From the NCBI GenBank assembly GCA_964348915.1, contig CAYGEM010000001.1, positions 79,396 to 126,381 of the forward strand: a DNA stretch of 46,986 bases. Direction: 5' to 3'. The notes under the pieces were generated by a model. That model saw only the letters and a program-made list of their open reading frames with translations, did not search any database and was not told where the DNA came from. Source of the DNA: an uncultured Candidatus Saccharibacteria bacterium (GTDB lineage: Bacteria > Patescibacteriota > Minisyncoccia > UBA6257 > Colwellbacteraceae). Position numbers and translations under genes: made by a program. The number at the start of each line of letters is the position of its first letter. Position 1 is the stretch's first letter. This document shows positions 1 to 9,461 of this stretch, in pieces.

Positions 1-72
1 AAAAGCCACGGCGATAAAAATTATCGGGCTGAAACGCAGAGCATTATAAAAAAATCGGGAAGTCGAAGTCAT
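1..72 (-). CDS. 5' part of a possible membrane/secreted protein running off the window (MTSTSRFFYNALRFSPIIFIAVAF...)
   Basis: ATG at 72-70, open frame to the window edge, hydrophobic stretch; starts 5 nt after tRNA-Glu. Confidence 0.35.
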   Translation of the reverse strand, partial: MTSTSRFFYNALRFSPIIFIAVAF

Positions 73-77
73 AAGAG

Positions 78-150
78 CAGCCCCAACGGGAGTCGAACCC
101 GTGTCTTGGCGCTGAGAACGCCATGTCCTGGGCCACTAGACGATGGGGCC
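78..150 (-). tRNA. tRNA-Glu(CTC)
   Basis: Cloverleaf GGCCCCA...TGGGGCT; anticodon arm TGGCG-TT CTC AG-CGCCA; T-loop TTCGACT; no encoded CCA. Confidence 0.95.
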
Positions 151-163
151 AGTTCGCAATGTG

Positions 164-193
164 ATTATAAAGGCATCGACTGCCGGACAGCAA
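164..193 (-). promoter_or_regulatory. putative sigma70 promoter of tRNA-Glu
   Basis: TTGCTG-18 nt-TATAAT on the minus strand just upstream of the tRNA. Confidence 0.5.
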
Positions 194-246
194 GCAACCC
201 ATAAAAATTCTCTTATCCCTTGCCACTTGTCTTCTGTCTCATATTT

Positions 247-1530
247 CTACCGTAACCACTTTCCGTACTGCCTCACTAAAAGCTCTCCGGCTTTCTTTGG
301 TTCGGCCATCAGTTCCAAAACGATTTTTTCCATTCGCACCGCTTGCGAACCTTTAATCAAAATTAAATCACCGGGTCGAATCATTTTCTGAATTTCCAGT
401 CCCGCTTCTTCGCTCGAGTCAAAACTCAATATCCGGTCTGCCGGAAAATTATTCATCTTCGCGCCTTCGGCGATGAATTTCGCTTTGGCTCCCACGGTAA
501 CCAGGAAATCGCATGATTTTCTTGCTTGGCGGCCTGCTTCCTCATGGCTCGCGATGGTGTACTGACCGAGCTCGGCCATGTCGCCCAACGCGGCGATTTT
601 TCTTTTGGCCGGAACTTTTTGGAGAGTATTCAGAGCTTCCTCCATCGAAAGAGGAGAAGAATTGTATGAGTCGTCGATAAGCCATGTTTCTTTTATTCCG
701 GCTATCAGCCGCAAGCGTCCGGCCAATGGCTGATAATCCGAAAGCGCGTCGCAGACAGAACCGAAATCCAGCCCTAAAGATAGGCCGACGGCGGCCGCCG
801 CGGCCGAAGCGTACGCCGCGGCCCGGCCGAAAACTCCGTCAATTCTCACCGGAAAAACTTCTTCGCGAAAATTTAGATTAAAAGCGACTCCGGCCGGTCT
901 CCCCTTTTCCAAATGATTATCGAATCCGCTTATTCTCATATTCGCTTTCTCATCGAAACCGAAAGTAAAAATTTTGGCTTTGGTCAATTCCGCCATCGAG
1001 AAAACGTCCTGGTCATCGATATTAAGAACAACGGAATCCTCGGGAGACAAAACTGAAATCAGTTTGGCTTTTTCTTTTATAACCTCGGCCGGGTCATGGT
1101 AAAACTCCACGTGCACCGGCACCTTGCCCATGGCGGTAATGACGGACACGCGGGGCTTCGCGATATCGAGCAGATAATCAATATCTTTGGGCTTGTCCGC
1201 GCCGTATTCAAGAATCAAAAATTCAGGATAAGACCGCCGGAACAACACCTGAACCAAACCGAACCAGAGAACTTTCAACCAGAATAAAAATCCGCCGACT
1301 TTCGCGTAATCGCCGATAATGGTAAGCGGGAAACCGATTTCATTATTGAAATTGCCTCGGTTGGCACGGCTGTTTTTGTTTTTGAAAATTGCATAAACGG
1401 CCTCTTTGGTCGAGCTCTTCCCGGCGCTCCCGGTAATACCGATAACTGTCGGTTTGTATTTATTTATTATCGCTCCCGCCAGATGTTTAAGCGCGAATTG
1501 AAGAATTTTTCGCAATTTTAATTTCACCAT
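247..1530 (-). CDS. murF: UDP-N-acetylmuramoyl-tripeptide--D-Ala-D-Ala ligase
   Basis: GITGSAGKSSTKE P-loop, GNFNNEIG, IDDSYNSSP, LGDMAELG, LIKGSQ; ATG at 1530 chosen as start. Confidence 0.93.
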   Translation of the reverse strand: MVKLKLRKILQFALKHLAGAIINKYKPTVIGITGSAGKSSTKEAVYAIFKNKNSRANRGNFNNEIGFPLTIIGDYAKVGGFLFWLKVLWFGLVQVLFRRSYPEFLILEYGADKPKDIDYLLDIAKPRVSVITAMGKVPVHVEFYHDPAEVIKEKAKLISVLSPEDSVVLNIDDQDVFSMAELTKAKIFTFGFDEKANMRISGFDNHLEKGRPAGVAFNLNFREEVFPVRIDGVFGRAAAYASAAAAAVGLSLGLDFGSVCDALSDYQPLAGRLRLIAGIKETWLIDDSYNSSPLSMEEALNTLQKVPAKRKIAALGDMAELGQYTIASHEEAGRQARKSCDFLVTVGAKAKFIAEGAKMNNFPADRILSFDSSEEAGLEIQKMIRPGDLILIKGSQAVRMEKIVLELMAEPKKAGELLVRQYGKWLR

Positions 1531-1585
1531 TTTTTTAATTATACGCCAACACAATGAGGTTTTGCGAATCGCCGGATTAAAAATT

Positions 1586-3202
1586 TCAACCGCCGCTCAC
1601 AATCTTATCCGGGGCCACCTTATAATAATTGAGCATAAACTGGGCGAGTTCGCGAAAAGCCGGCGTAACCGTGATTCCGGCAAGCGGCGCGCCTTCCGGC
1701 CTATCCAACCGAACCAAAATGACAAATCTCGCGTCGTAAGCCGGAACGAATCCGATATAGCTGTTGATCACGTCCGCGGTATAGCCGCCCTTTTTTAAGT
1801 CCGGCACTTGGGCGGTTCCGGTCTTGCCAGCCACGGTATAACCGCTGATTTTGGCCATCTGTCCTTTCTCGACGGCGGAGACCATCATGCCGATAACTTC
1901 GCGGCTCGTTTCTTCGGTAATGGGACGCGACAACTCTTCGGTTTTCTCTTGAATGAGATGCGGCTTAACCATCAATCCGCGATTAGCGATGGTGTTCACC
2001 GCGGTAAGAAGCTGTATCGGGGTGATGGCGATACCTTGACCGAAAGAGGCCGTGGCAAAATCGATGTCCTTTCCATTTTTGATAATTTTTACATTGCCGA
2101 TGACTTCTCCGGGCGCGTCTATCCCGGTCTTGCGCTCGAAACCAAATCGTGAAAGATAATCATAAAAAATCTGATGCCCCATCGTCATTTCGGCGAAAGT
2201 GCTTCCCGTATTCAACGACTGCTCAAGCACGGTGGTCATATTTATCCGGCCGTGCGCTTTTTTATCCCAATTCATTATGGCGTGGCCGTTCAGAACCACC
2301 CGACCGATATCGTCATATTCCGTTTCCGGCGTGATTTTCCCGGAATCAATGCCGGCGGACATGGTAATCAGCTTGAAGACGGAACCGGGTTCGTAAATCG
2401 CCTGAATGAACGGATTCAAAAAATTTTCTAAAGGATATCCTCCGTAATTATTCGGGTCGAAATCCGGTTTGACAGCCATAGCCAGAATGGCGCCGGTTTT
2501 CGTTTCCATGGCCGCGATCATCCCTTTTTCCGCTTTGTAATCGACGACCAGCTTACCAAGAATCTGTTCGGCCGCCGACTGGACATTTCGGTCAATCGTA
2601 AGACGGACATCGGCGCCGTTCCGCGGCGGAATGATTTTTTCACCGTTCATACGACCTTCTTCTCCGGCAAGTTTATCGTTATAGAAAGATTCCGCGCCGT
2701 ACTTGCCGATTTTGTCGGTAACAAAACCTAAAATATGGGAGGCCAGTGAACCGTTGGGATAGAAACGAACCGCTTCTTCACCGACATAAACGCCGCGTAA
2801 ACCGAGCGCTTCTGTCCGGCGGACCTGCTCGTCAGTCGCCTTCTTCTCGAGAATCTGATAAGAGAGTTCCGGCCGATTGATTTTCCGGGCGATTTCTTCG
2901 GCGGGCTGACCCAAAATCGGAGCAATAGCCGCGGCGGCTTCCGCGCAATCGGCGATTTCCTTAGGCACGGCGTAAATTACCGGCTGATATCTTTTGATGG
3001 CGGCCGGAACCAAATTTTGACCTGCGTCAGTGAAAAAAATACTTCCGCGTTCCGGCTCAAGCTCTCCGGATAAAACACGCTGGGACTCGGCGCGAGTCAG
3101 ATAATAATCGCCTTTTTGTATCTGCAGGTTATAAAAATTAAACACCGTCCCCGCGTAAAGCAGGGAGAAAATTATCGAAATTAAAGCGAGGCGATTTCCC
3201 AT
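1586..3202 (-). CDS. ftsI: class B penicillin-binding protein (FtsI/PBP2 family)
   Basis: N-terminal TM; YEPGSVFK (SxxK), SLN (SxN), GKTGTAQ; dcw context. Confidence 0.88.
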   Translation of the reverse strand: MGNRLALISIIFSLLYAGTVFNFYNLQIQKGDYYLTRAESQRVLSGELEPERGSIFFTDAGQNLVPAAIKRYQPVIYAVPKEIADCAEAAAAIAPILGQPAEEIARKINRPELSYQILEKKATDEQVRRTEALGLRGVYVGEEAVRFYPNGSLASHILGFVTDKIGKYGAESFYNDKLAGEEGRMNGEKIIPPRNGADVRLTIDRNVQSAAEQILGKLVVDYKAEKGMIAAMETKTGAILAMAVKPDFDPNNYGGYPLENFLNPFIQAIYEPGSVFKLITMSAGIDSGKITPETEYDDIGRVVLNGHAIMNWDKKAHGRINMTTVLEQSLNTGSTFAEMTMGHQIFYDYLSRFGFERKTGIDAPGEVIGNVKIIKNGKDIDFATASFGQGIAITPIQLLTAVNTIANRGLMVKPHLIQEKTEELSRPITEETSREVIGMMVSAVEKGQMAKISGYTVAGKTGTAQVPDLKKGGYTADVINSYIGFVPAYDARFVILVRLDRPEGAPLAGITVTPAFRELAQFMLNYYKVAPDKIVSGG

Positions 3203-3474
3203 TTCGGATTCGGGTCCTTCACCAATCCCTTCTCTTCAGCGAACCTCTTCATATTCTCCAGGTCGGTTAAGGAAAAAATCCGGTTTTTAAACTCGGCGTT
3301 GGAAAGACGCGAGTTCTCCAGCCGCGCCTCCAAAGACCGCGCTTCCTGACGATAGCTGACTGACTTGGCATACAGAAAAATGCTGAATGTGAAACAAGCG
3401 GCAGTCGCGAGCGCGCTAAAAAGGATAACGGCGTTCCAGCGGCTTCTGTTTTTATTAGGTCGGACTACGGTCAT
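3181..3474 (-). CDS. FtsL-like bitopic coiled-coil cell division protein
   Basis: Single TM plus coiled coil ending in AEEKGLV; position between rsmH and ftsI. Confidence 0.65.
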   Translation of the reverse strand: MTVVRPNKNRSRWNAVILFSALATAACFTFSIFLYAKSVSYRQEARSLEARLENSRLSNAEFKNRIFSLTDLENMKRFAEEKGLVKDPNPKWEIASL

Positions 3475-3486
3475 TGGTTTTTATTT

Positions 3487-4362
3487 CTATGATATTTTTA
3501 TCGCCCTTAGTTTGGCCGAACGCGCCCGGGGATTATCTATTATTTCCCGACGTCCCGGCACTATCGGTTTCTTGTTAATCGCTTCGGCTGTTCCGGCTTT
3601 CTGCATTTCCCGGAAAGATTCTTTAACAATCCGGTCTTCCAGCGACTGAAAGGTGATGATGACAATCCGACCGCCCGGCGAAACGATTTCCGTCAACCGG
3701 TCGAGCGCCTGCTTCAGGTTTTCAAGCTCATGGTTCACGTAAACGCGGAAAGCGAGAAAAGTCCGGGTCGCCGGATGGATTCGGCCGCGTTCGTAATTCT
3801 TCGGCGCGTTTCCTTCGATAATCCGAACCAGTTCTCCGGTGGTCTTCACCGGTCCCTTTCTCTCGGCGCGGAAAATGGCTTCGCTTATTTTCCCGGCGAA
3901 ACGCTCTCCGCTTCCGCGAACAATCCGGTAAATTTCCTCTTGACTCAAATCCCGCAAAGCCATCCAGAGAGGCACGCTTTCATCGCTATAAGTCATAAGC
4001 AAGGGTTCGTCTTTCAGAAAGCTGAACCCCCGGCCCTCCTCGAGTTCAAAGGAAGAAAAACCGAGATCAAGGAGCAAACCGTCCGCCTTAGGCAGATTGT
4101 ATTCCTTGATAATCTCCGGTAGTTCGGCGAAGTTCCGGGGCGCGACGATTATCCTCGTTTCGGAATCCTTTGTTTTCTTTTGAAATTCTTCCGCGGCCTT
4201 TTTATTCCAATCGAGCCCGAGGAATATTCCTTTTTTTCCCAGCCGTTTGATTATCTCTTCGGCGTGTCCGCCGCCGCCCAGAGTCCCGTCGATGAAAAAT
4301 TCTCCGGGCTTCGGGTCAAGCGCGTTTATCACCTCCTGTAAAAGAACCGGAATATGAGACAT
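3487..4362 (-). CDS. rsmH: 16S rRNA m4C1402 methyltransferase
   Basis: HIPVLL, DGTLGGGGH, DLGFSS, HPATRTF, NPRARSAKLR. Confidence 0.96.
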   Translation of the reverse strand: MSHIPVLLQEVINALDPKPGEFFIDGTLGGGGHAEEIIKRLGKKGIFLGLDWNKKAAEEFQKKTKDSETRIIVAPRNFAELPEIIKEYNLPKADGLLLDLGFSSFELEEGRGFSFLKDEPLLMTYSDESVPLWMALRDLSQEEIYRIVRGSGERFAGKISEAIFRAERKGPVKTTGELVRIIEGNAPKNYERGRIHPATRTFLAFRVYVNHELENLKQALDRLTEIVSPGGRIVIITFQSLEDRIVKESFREMQKAGTAEAINKKPIVPGRREIIDNPRARSAKLRAIKIS

Positions 4363-4363
4363 A

Positions 4364-4437
4364 ACTTACGACTCACAACTTATAACCGACGACCATGGTC
4401 GTTTTCTTTTGCCATCAGTTCTAAGTCGTAAGTCATG
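4364..4437. repeat. intergenic 7-nt-period imperfect inverted repeat (ACTTACG ACTCACA ACTTATA ACCGACG ... AGTTCTA AGTCGTA AGTCATG)
   Basis: Heptamer periodicity; ACTTACGACT/AGTCGTAAGT inverted ends; related copy at 11353-11410. Confidence 0.65.
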
Positions 4438-4445
4438 TATTAAAA

Positions 4446-4877
4446 TCAAATGCCCAACTCCCCCATTTTTTCGGCGATTTCATCGGAAGAGCTTTCGGTT
4501 TTTTCCTTGTAAGCATTCCATATTTCCGCGTCCCAGATTTCAATACGGTTGTACAATCCGGCCACCGTTGTTTCTTTTTTCAATCCGGCGTATTTCCGCA
4601 GATATTCGGGAAGCAAAATCCTCCCCTGACCGTCCAATTCACAGTCCACGGCGCCGGCAAGCATAAGCCGCGAGAAAGCGCGCGAGTTCGCCTGTGCCAA
4701 AGGAAGAGCGATTAATTTCTGCGCAAGCGCTTCCCAGTCCTTCGCGTTAAAAACAAAAAGGCATTTATCAAGGCCGCGGGTAACGATGGCGCCGGCGCTC
4801 AATTCATTCCGGAATTTGGCCGGGACGGCAATTCGTCCTTTAGCGTCTAAATTGTGGTTGTATTCTCCGATGAACAT
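4446..4877 (-). CDS. mraZ: division/cell wall cluster transcriptional repressor MraZ
   Basis: MFIGEY, two DxxGR motifs (DAKGR, DGQGR), RIEIW; upstream of rsmH. Confidence 0.97.
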   Translation of the reverse strand: MFIGEYNHNLDAKGRIAVPAKFRNELSAGAIVTRGLDKCLFVFNAKDWEALAQKLIALPLAQANSRAFSRLMLAGAVDCELDGQGRILLPEYLRKYAGLKKETTVAGLYNRIEIWDAEIWNAYKEKTESSSDEIAEKMGELGI

Positions 4878-4890
4878 GATTTTGTTTGAC

Positions 4891-4996
4891 TTATCCCCAG
4901 TAAAGCAGGGTTATCCACACAGTTATCCACAATTCCCCACTTTTATGTCCATAATAATCTCTCTCCCCCACTCTGTCAAAGAACGATTTATCCACA
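4891..4996. promoter_or_regulatory. DnaA-box cluster overlapping probable MraZ GTGG repeats
   Basis: TTATCCACA at 4911-4919, 4923-4931 and 4988-4996; TTATCCCCA at 4891-4899; minus strand reads AAAAGTGGGGAATTGTGGATAACTGTGTGG. Confidence 0.7.
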
Positions 4997-5002
4997 AGGT
5001 CG

Positions 5003-5062
5003 AAAACGAAAAACCGCCGCTTAGTTAACGACCAACTGGCTGGTCGAGAGCTAAGCGGCGGT
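5003..5062 (-). terminator. intrinsic terminator of ORF 5068-5415
   Basis: ACCGCCGCTTAG (5013-5024)/CTAAGCGGCGGT (5051-5062) stem, inner CGACCA/TGGTCG stem, then TTTTCGTTTT on the minus strand. Confidence 0.75.
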
Positions 5063-5067
5063 GTGAA

Positions 5068-5415
5068 CTACCTTTGGCGACAGACATCCACCGAGAAGAA
5101 GAGGGTCATTATGTCGCCTCGACCCTCCGCCCGACCGCCGAGGTACATGTTTGTCCAATATTCAGCGGCTTCTTTCTTACCAGCCGCTCGGAGTACCGCG
5201 AGCGCATCCCCAAGGAGAACACCGAAGCCAAGATACTCCGGCTTGGCATCAAGGCTGCTATCGTCCAAGATACCGATGGGAAAGACGCTAACTTGGACCG
5301 TTTTCCCTCCCTTCTTGGCCAAGACGGATGACACAGGAAGGATCAAACCCTTCCAAGCCTCGCGGACCCAGAGAGGATGTCCTCCCTCGGGGTCGCCTAC
5401 AATCTCCACTTCCAT
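5068..5415 (-). CDS. hypothetical protein (115 aa ORFan)
   Basis: ATG preceded by GGAGGGAGGTGAG SD; own terminator. Confidence 0.7.
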   Translation of the reverse strand: MEVEIVGDPEGGHPLWVREAWKGLILPVSSVLAKKGGKTVQVSVFPIGILDDSSLDAKPEYLGFGVLLGDALAVLRAAGKKEAAEYWTNMYLGGRAEGRGDIMTLFFSVDVCRQR

Positions 5416-5559
5416 TCTGTCTCACCTCCCTCCAATTCAATGTCCATTCTGGCAAAAAAAGACTACTACAAGAGAGAGAGATTGTCAATCCGATATTTTC
5501 AAAGAAAGACGCTTATTTATTATTTTCAATTGAATTAAATACAAAATCATAAAACACTA

Positions 5560-5583
5560 CTCTTTTCACGATCGTGAAAAGAG
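5560..5583. repeat. perfect 24-bp palindrome CTCTTTTCACGATCGTGAAAAGAG
   Basis: Exact self-complement with no loop, downstream of ppaC. Confidence 0.85.
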
Positions 5584-5617
5584 GAAAGTATTGGAAGATT
5601 GAGATTAATGCGCCTGT

Positions 5618-6523
5618 TTAATTAGTGAATGCCCTCTCAAGCTCCGGCACAATCTGTTTCTTGCGCGACATTACGCCTTCCAGATAGACCGAATTATTTT
5701 CCGGCTTCTTAGCAAAAGCTTTTTCGATAATCGCCGGATCGCCAACGAATAAAAACTCGGTGGCTTCTTTGATGATGTCGGTGGCCATAAACGCCGCCAA
5801 TTCATAATTATTTTCTTCTTTTGTTTTTCTAAGACAATCCAAAAGCTCCAGCCGTCTTTCTTCAATTTCGTCAGGGTCGACGATTTCCACCTGCCCGATG
5901 GCTATCTTCTTTCCGTTAAAATCAAAAATTTTCATGTCCGAGCCGGCGATAACCGCGATGTCCTTTCCTTTCAGGGTCGCGTTTTGTTTTTTGATTTCAA
6001 TGCCGAATTCTTCCATATCGGCGATTCCCGCGATCTCGGCGAGCTTTTTCGCCATTTCCCTGTCCTCTTCCGTAGTCGTAACGGAACGAAAAACCACCGT
6101 GTCCGTCAGGATGGCCGAAAGAAGCAATCCGCAATAGCTTTTATCCTTGATTATTTCATTCCAAAAAAGTTTGGCGACAACAGTCGCGGTGGCGCCCAAC
6201 GGCTCGGTATGGACAAAAATAGGCAAGCCGTAAGACAAATTGATTTTGTGGTGGTCGATAATGCCAACTAACTCCGCCTTATCGCCTCCGTCCACCATCT
6301 GCGAGATTTCATTATGGTCAACCAAAAAAAGTTTTTTAGCTTCGGCGTTTTCTATTTTCTCCGGCAACACCGCGTTAAAACGATTAAGGATAAAAAGCGT
6401 ATCGGCATTGACTTCGCCGGCTCGCGCCGGAACATATCCTTTCAGTCCGGCCAAAACTATGGCGGAGCAAATACTGTCCGGTTCCGGATTTTTGTGGCCA
6501 ATGACGTAAATTTTATCCTCCAT
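5618..6523 (-). CDS. ppaC: manganese-dependent (family II, DHH) inorganic pyrophosphatase
   Basis: GHKNPEPDSICS, LVDHN, IIDHH, AILTDT, GVMSRKKQIVP. Confidence 0.93.
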   Translation of the reverse strand: MEDKIYVIGHKNPEPDSICSAIVLAGLKGYVPARAGEVNADTLFILNRFNAVLPEKIENAEAKKLFLVDHNEISQMVDGGDKAELVGIIDHHKINLSYGLPIFVHTEPLGATATVVAKLFWNEIIKDKSYCGLLLSAILTDTVVFRSVTTTEEDREMAKKLAEIAGIADMEEFGIEIKKQNATLKGKDIAVIAGSDMKIFDFNGKKIAIGQVEIVDPDEIEERRLELLDCLRKTKEENNYELAAFMATDIIKEATEFLFVGDPAIIEKAFAKKPENNSVYLEGVMSRKKQIVPELERAFTN

Positions 6524-6551
6524 ATTTTCCAATTTAACCAAGGTTCAATAA

Positions 6552-7823
6552 TTAAGCAAGGTCTAAATATTTTCTTCCTTTTAAATTTTCCGGAAGATAC
6601 TCCTGTTCGACCGGCTCTTCGTATTCCGGATTGTATTTATAACCCTTGCCATAGTCCAAATCTTTCATCAGTTTGGTCGGCGCGTTGCGCAGATGGAGCG
6701 GCACACCCTCGTTGGGAAAATTTCTAATATCCGCTTTTACTTTTTCGTAGGCCATATACAACTTGTTGTTCTTCGGCGCCCGGGCCAGATAAGCCGCGGC
6801 CTGGGCGAGATTTACGCCGCATTCCGGCATGCCGTTAAAATGAGCGGCTTCGTAAGCGGCCACGGCCTGGACTAAAGCATTCGGGTCGGCTAATCCCACG
6901 TCCTCCGAAGCAAACCGGATAAGTCGCCTCGCCACGTAAAGCGGATCTTCGCCGGATTCAAGCATTCTTCCCAACCAGTACAAAGCGCCGTCCGCGTCAC
7001 CGCCGCGCATGGACTTATGCAGAGCGGAAATAGCATTGTAGTGTTCTTCTCCGGCCCGGTCGTAAAGCAGATGGCTTTTTTGCAAGGACTGTTTGATTTT
7101 TTCCTCATTGATTTCAATTGTCCCGTCTTCATCCGGGGAAACGGCTCTCACGGCTAATTCCAAAGCGTTGAAAGCTACCCGGGCGTCGCCGTCCGACATA
7201 TTGGCCAAAAATTTTATGGTTTCCTCGTTGATTTTGATTTTCAACCCGCCGAATCCCCTTTCCTTATTCGTCAGGGCCTGTTTGATTAAAAACTCAACGC
7301 CTTCCGGTTCGAGCGCTTTCAAAACAAATACCCGGCAACGCGAGAGCAAAGCCGAATTGACCTCGAAAGACGGATTTTCCGTGGTGGCGCCGATTAAAAT
7401 AATCGTTCCGTTCTCGACGTAAGGCAAAAAAGCGTCCTGTTGGGCTTTATTGAAACGGTGAATTTCATCGACAAAAAGAATCGTGCGTACGCCTTCTCTT
7501 TTCTGCCGCTCTTCCCCCAAACGGATAATTTCGCGCACTTCTTTGATATTGCCGCTCGCGGCGCTGAAATTAACGAAAACCGACTTAGTCGTCCTGGCGA
7601 TAACCCGGGCCAAACTGGTTTTTCCGCAGCCGGGCGGCCCCCAAAAAATCATCGAGGGCACCTCGTCCCGCTCGATAGCGGCGCACAAAATCTTGCCGGG
7701 GCCGATAATTTCGTCCTGACCGACAATATCCTTGAGTTTCTCCGGCCGCATTCGGTCGGCCAAAGGCGCGTTTTTGGCTACTTTCTTTATATTCTTTTGG
7801 GGTTCGTTCCCAAAAAGGTTCAT
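6552..7823 (-). CDS. rarA: replication-associated recombination protein A (AAA+ ATPase)
   Basis: PLADRMRP, GPPGCGKT, FVDEIHRFNKAQQD, GATTENP, SALHKSMRG, VPLHLRNAPT. Confidence 0.95.
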   Translation of the reverse strand: MNLFGNEPQKNIKKVAKNAPLADRMRPEKLKDIVGQDEIIGPGKILCAAIERDEVPSMIFWGPPGCGKTSLARVIARTTKSVFVNFSAASGNIKEVREIIRLGEERQKREGVRTILFVDEIHRFNKAQQDAFLPYVENGTIILIGATTENPSFEVNSALLSRCRVFVLKALEPEGVEFLIKQALTNKERGFGGLKIKINEETIKFLANMSDGDARVAFNALELAVRAVSPDEDGTIEINEEKIKQSLQKSHLLYDRAGEEHYNAISALHKSMRGGDADGALYWLGRMLESGEDPLYVARRLIRFASEDVGLADPNALVQAVAAYEAAHFNGMPECGVNLAQAAAYLARAPKNNKLYMAYEKVKADIRNFPNEGVPLHLRNAPTKLMKDLDYGKGYKYNPEYEEPVEQEYLPENLKGRKYLDLA

Positions 7824-7847
7824 TGAACTAATCTTACCAAAACCGGC

Positions 7848-8558
7848 TCAAACCCGGAAATATTTCGACCAGCGGTCGTAAAGCTCGCGGGTGGCCCGAA
7901 GGTCGCCGACATTGTATCTCGCTATATCCAAAAACTTCTTGGCGCGAAAAAGCTCACCTACGTCATCGCCGGTAACTCCTCCCGCTTTAGGACTCTCAAT
8001 GCCGAAAGCGCGGCACCACAAGTGAAGATTCCCTTTTCGCCGCATCGCGCCGTAAAAAGTGAACTGGTCCAGCAAATCGATGTGGGCAGAATCGTATTTC
8101 TGGCTGTTCAGATAGCGGTTGGACATCAGATTTTTTGTCGGTTCTATTTGATGGACAGCCGAACGGATGACAAGAAACGGCGCGTCGAAAGTCCGACCGT
8201 TAAAAGTCACGAATTCATCATAACGAACGGCAATCTCCCAAAAACGCCGAAGCATTTCCTTCTCGGTCATTGATTTGAACTTGAATCCGTCCTCGGAAAA
8301 TTCGGCGACATCCTCTCCGGCTGACTGGAAATAAACCGCGCCCTGATTGGTGTCGTAATCCAAAACGCCGATGGCGACGATCTCGCCGGTGAGCGGCGAA
8401 AAGCCGAGACCTGATTTCATCTCCTCCAAGGCGACCGCATAATCGTCATCGGAAGAGGATTCTTTTTCCAACCACCGGGTCAAAACGCCCTTTGTCGTTT
8501 CATCAAGCGATTCGTAATCTTCCCCGATTGTCTCGATATCGATAATTAACTTGGGCAT
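7848..8558 (-). CDS. stand-alone DEDD/PolB-type 3'-5' exonuclease (RNase H-like) protein
   Basis: IIDIET (Exo I), TFNGRTFDAPF (Exo II), YNVGD (Exo III). Confidence 0.8.
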   Translation of the reverse strand: MPKLIIDIETIGEDYESLDETTKGVLTRWLEKESSSDDDYAVALEEMKSGLGFSPLTGEIVAIGVLDYDTNQGAVYFQSAGEDVAEFSEDGFKFKSMTEKEMLRRFWEIAVRYDEFVTFNGRTFDAPFLVIRSAVHQIEPTKNLMSNRYLNSQKYDSAHIDLLDQFTFYGAMRRKGNLHLWCRAFGIESPKAGGVTGDDVGELFRAKKFLDIARYNVGDLRATRELYDRWSKYFRV

Positions 8559-8565
8559 AATAGTT

Positions 8566-8931
8566 TTATAACGGGCAGTTTGTCCTTTGGCTCAATTCTT
8601 CAATGGATTGAACTCCGATGATTTTCTCTCCGTCACCGAAAATCCAGGTTGGAACGTTCTCGATGCTTTTCTGCTGACATTCCGCGACATTCTGAAAACA
8701 ATCGACGTAACGCACCAGCTGGAATGAATCGCCGAATATTTTTTTCTGTTCCTGACAATGAGAACAAACATTTGTCCCGTACATCACCGCTCCTTTTTCA
8801 GAAAGACAGCGGGCGAAATCATCCAGCGAATTATTCGATGAATTGGCAGGATTATTGCTTCTGACAAAAAGGAGAATAGTTCCCGCGGCAATCAGCAAAA
8901 TAATCGCCGGGGCTAAAATTATTTTTTTCAT
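8566..8931 (-). CDS. membrane-anchored/exported thioredoxin-like protein
   Basis: Signal anchor; MYGTNVCSHCQEQK (CxxC), YVDC, VPTW. Confidence 0.8.
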   Translation of the reverse strand: MKKIILAPAIILLIAAGTILLFVRSNNPANSSNNSLDDFARCLSEKGAVMYGTNVCSHCQEQKKIFGDSFQLVRYVDCFQNVAECQQKSIENVPTWIFGDGEKIIGVQSIEELSQRTNCPL

Positions 8932-9443
8932 TCTCCGCAACAATCAACCAATTTATCGACGATGTCCTCCAAGCTCCACGGCTTATCTTCTTTGGCAATC
9001 TGCCTTACATCTTTCAGGCTGACCAGTTTCAGGCGCACCGCCCAAAAAAGCGAATAAACTTTATAGGCGTAAGCGAGAATTTTTTTCGCTTCTTCTTTTT
9101 TGCCGTCGGATAACAGTTTCGTACCGACTTCCATCAACCGCATGGTGGTCGCGAGAAGATGTTTGGAAACGCACCAGGTTTCGCCCTCGTGTTTGTCGAT
9201 CATCCGGCCGAGCAGTTCCTTGCGTATCTCGCGCGTTTCACTAAGCAAATCGTAATAACTGAAATCGCCGGTTTTCGCGCCGGTAAAGAAAAAATGCTCT
9301 TCCAAACTGATGAGATTCATCACCGCCAAGCTCAAATCTTCTTCGGTAGAAAGGTCGACGCTTCCGCTTTCTTTCATTTTTTTGACCTTCTCGAAAAGCC
9401 CCTGAAATTTTTTCTGCGTTTCCTCGTTTATTTTTTGTTCCAT
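8928..9443 (-). CDS. helical hypothetical protein with EEH, WCxSKH and C-terminal CC motifs
   Basis: 171-aa ORF coupled by ATGA overlap to the thioredoxin-like gene. Confidence 0.75.
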   Translation of the reverse strand: MEQKINEETQKKFQGLFEKVKKMKESGSVDLSTEEDLSLAVMNLISLEEHFFFTGAKTGDFSYYDLLSETREIRKELLGRMIDKHEGETWCVSKHLLATTMRLMEVGTKLLSDGKKEEAKKILAYAYKVYSLFWAVRLKLVSLKDVRQIAKEDKPWSLEDIVDKLVDCCGE

Positions 9444-9461
9444 ATTGAAGTTGAGTTACGA

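Noticed and set aside
44..226. 60-aa minus-strand ORF
   Set aside because: Overlaps tRNA-Glu and its promoter; a shadow ORF
4891..4996. oriC call
   Set aside because: No dnaA/dnaN nearby, no obvious unwinding element, and gene strand bias does not switch
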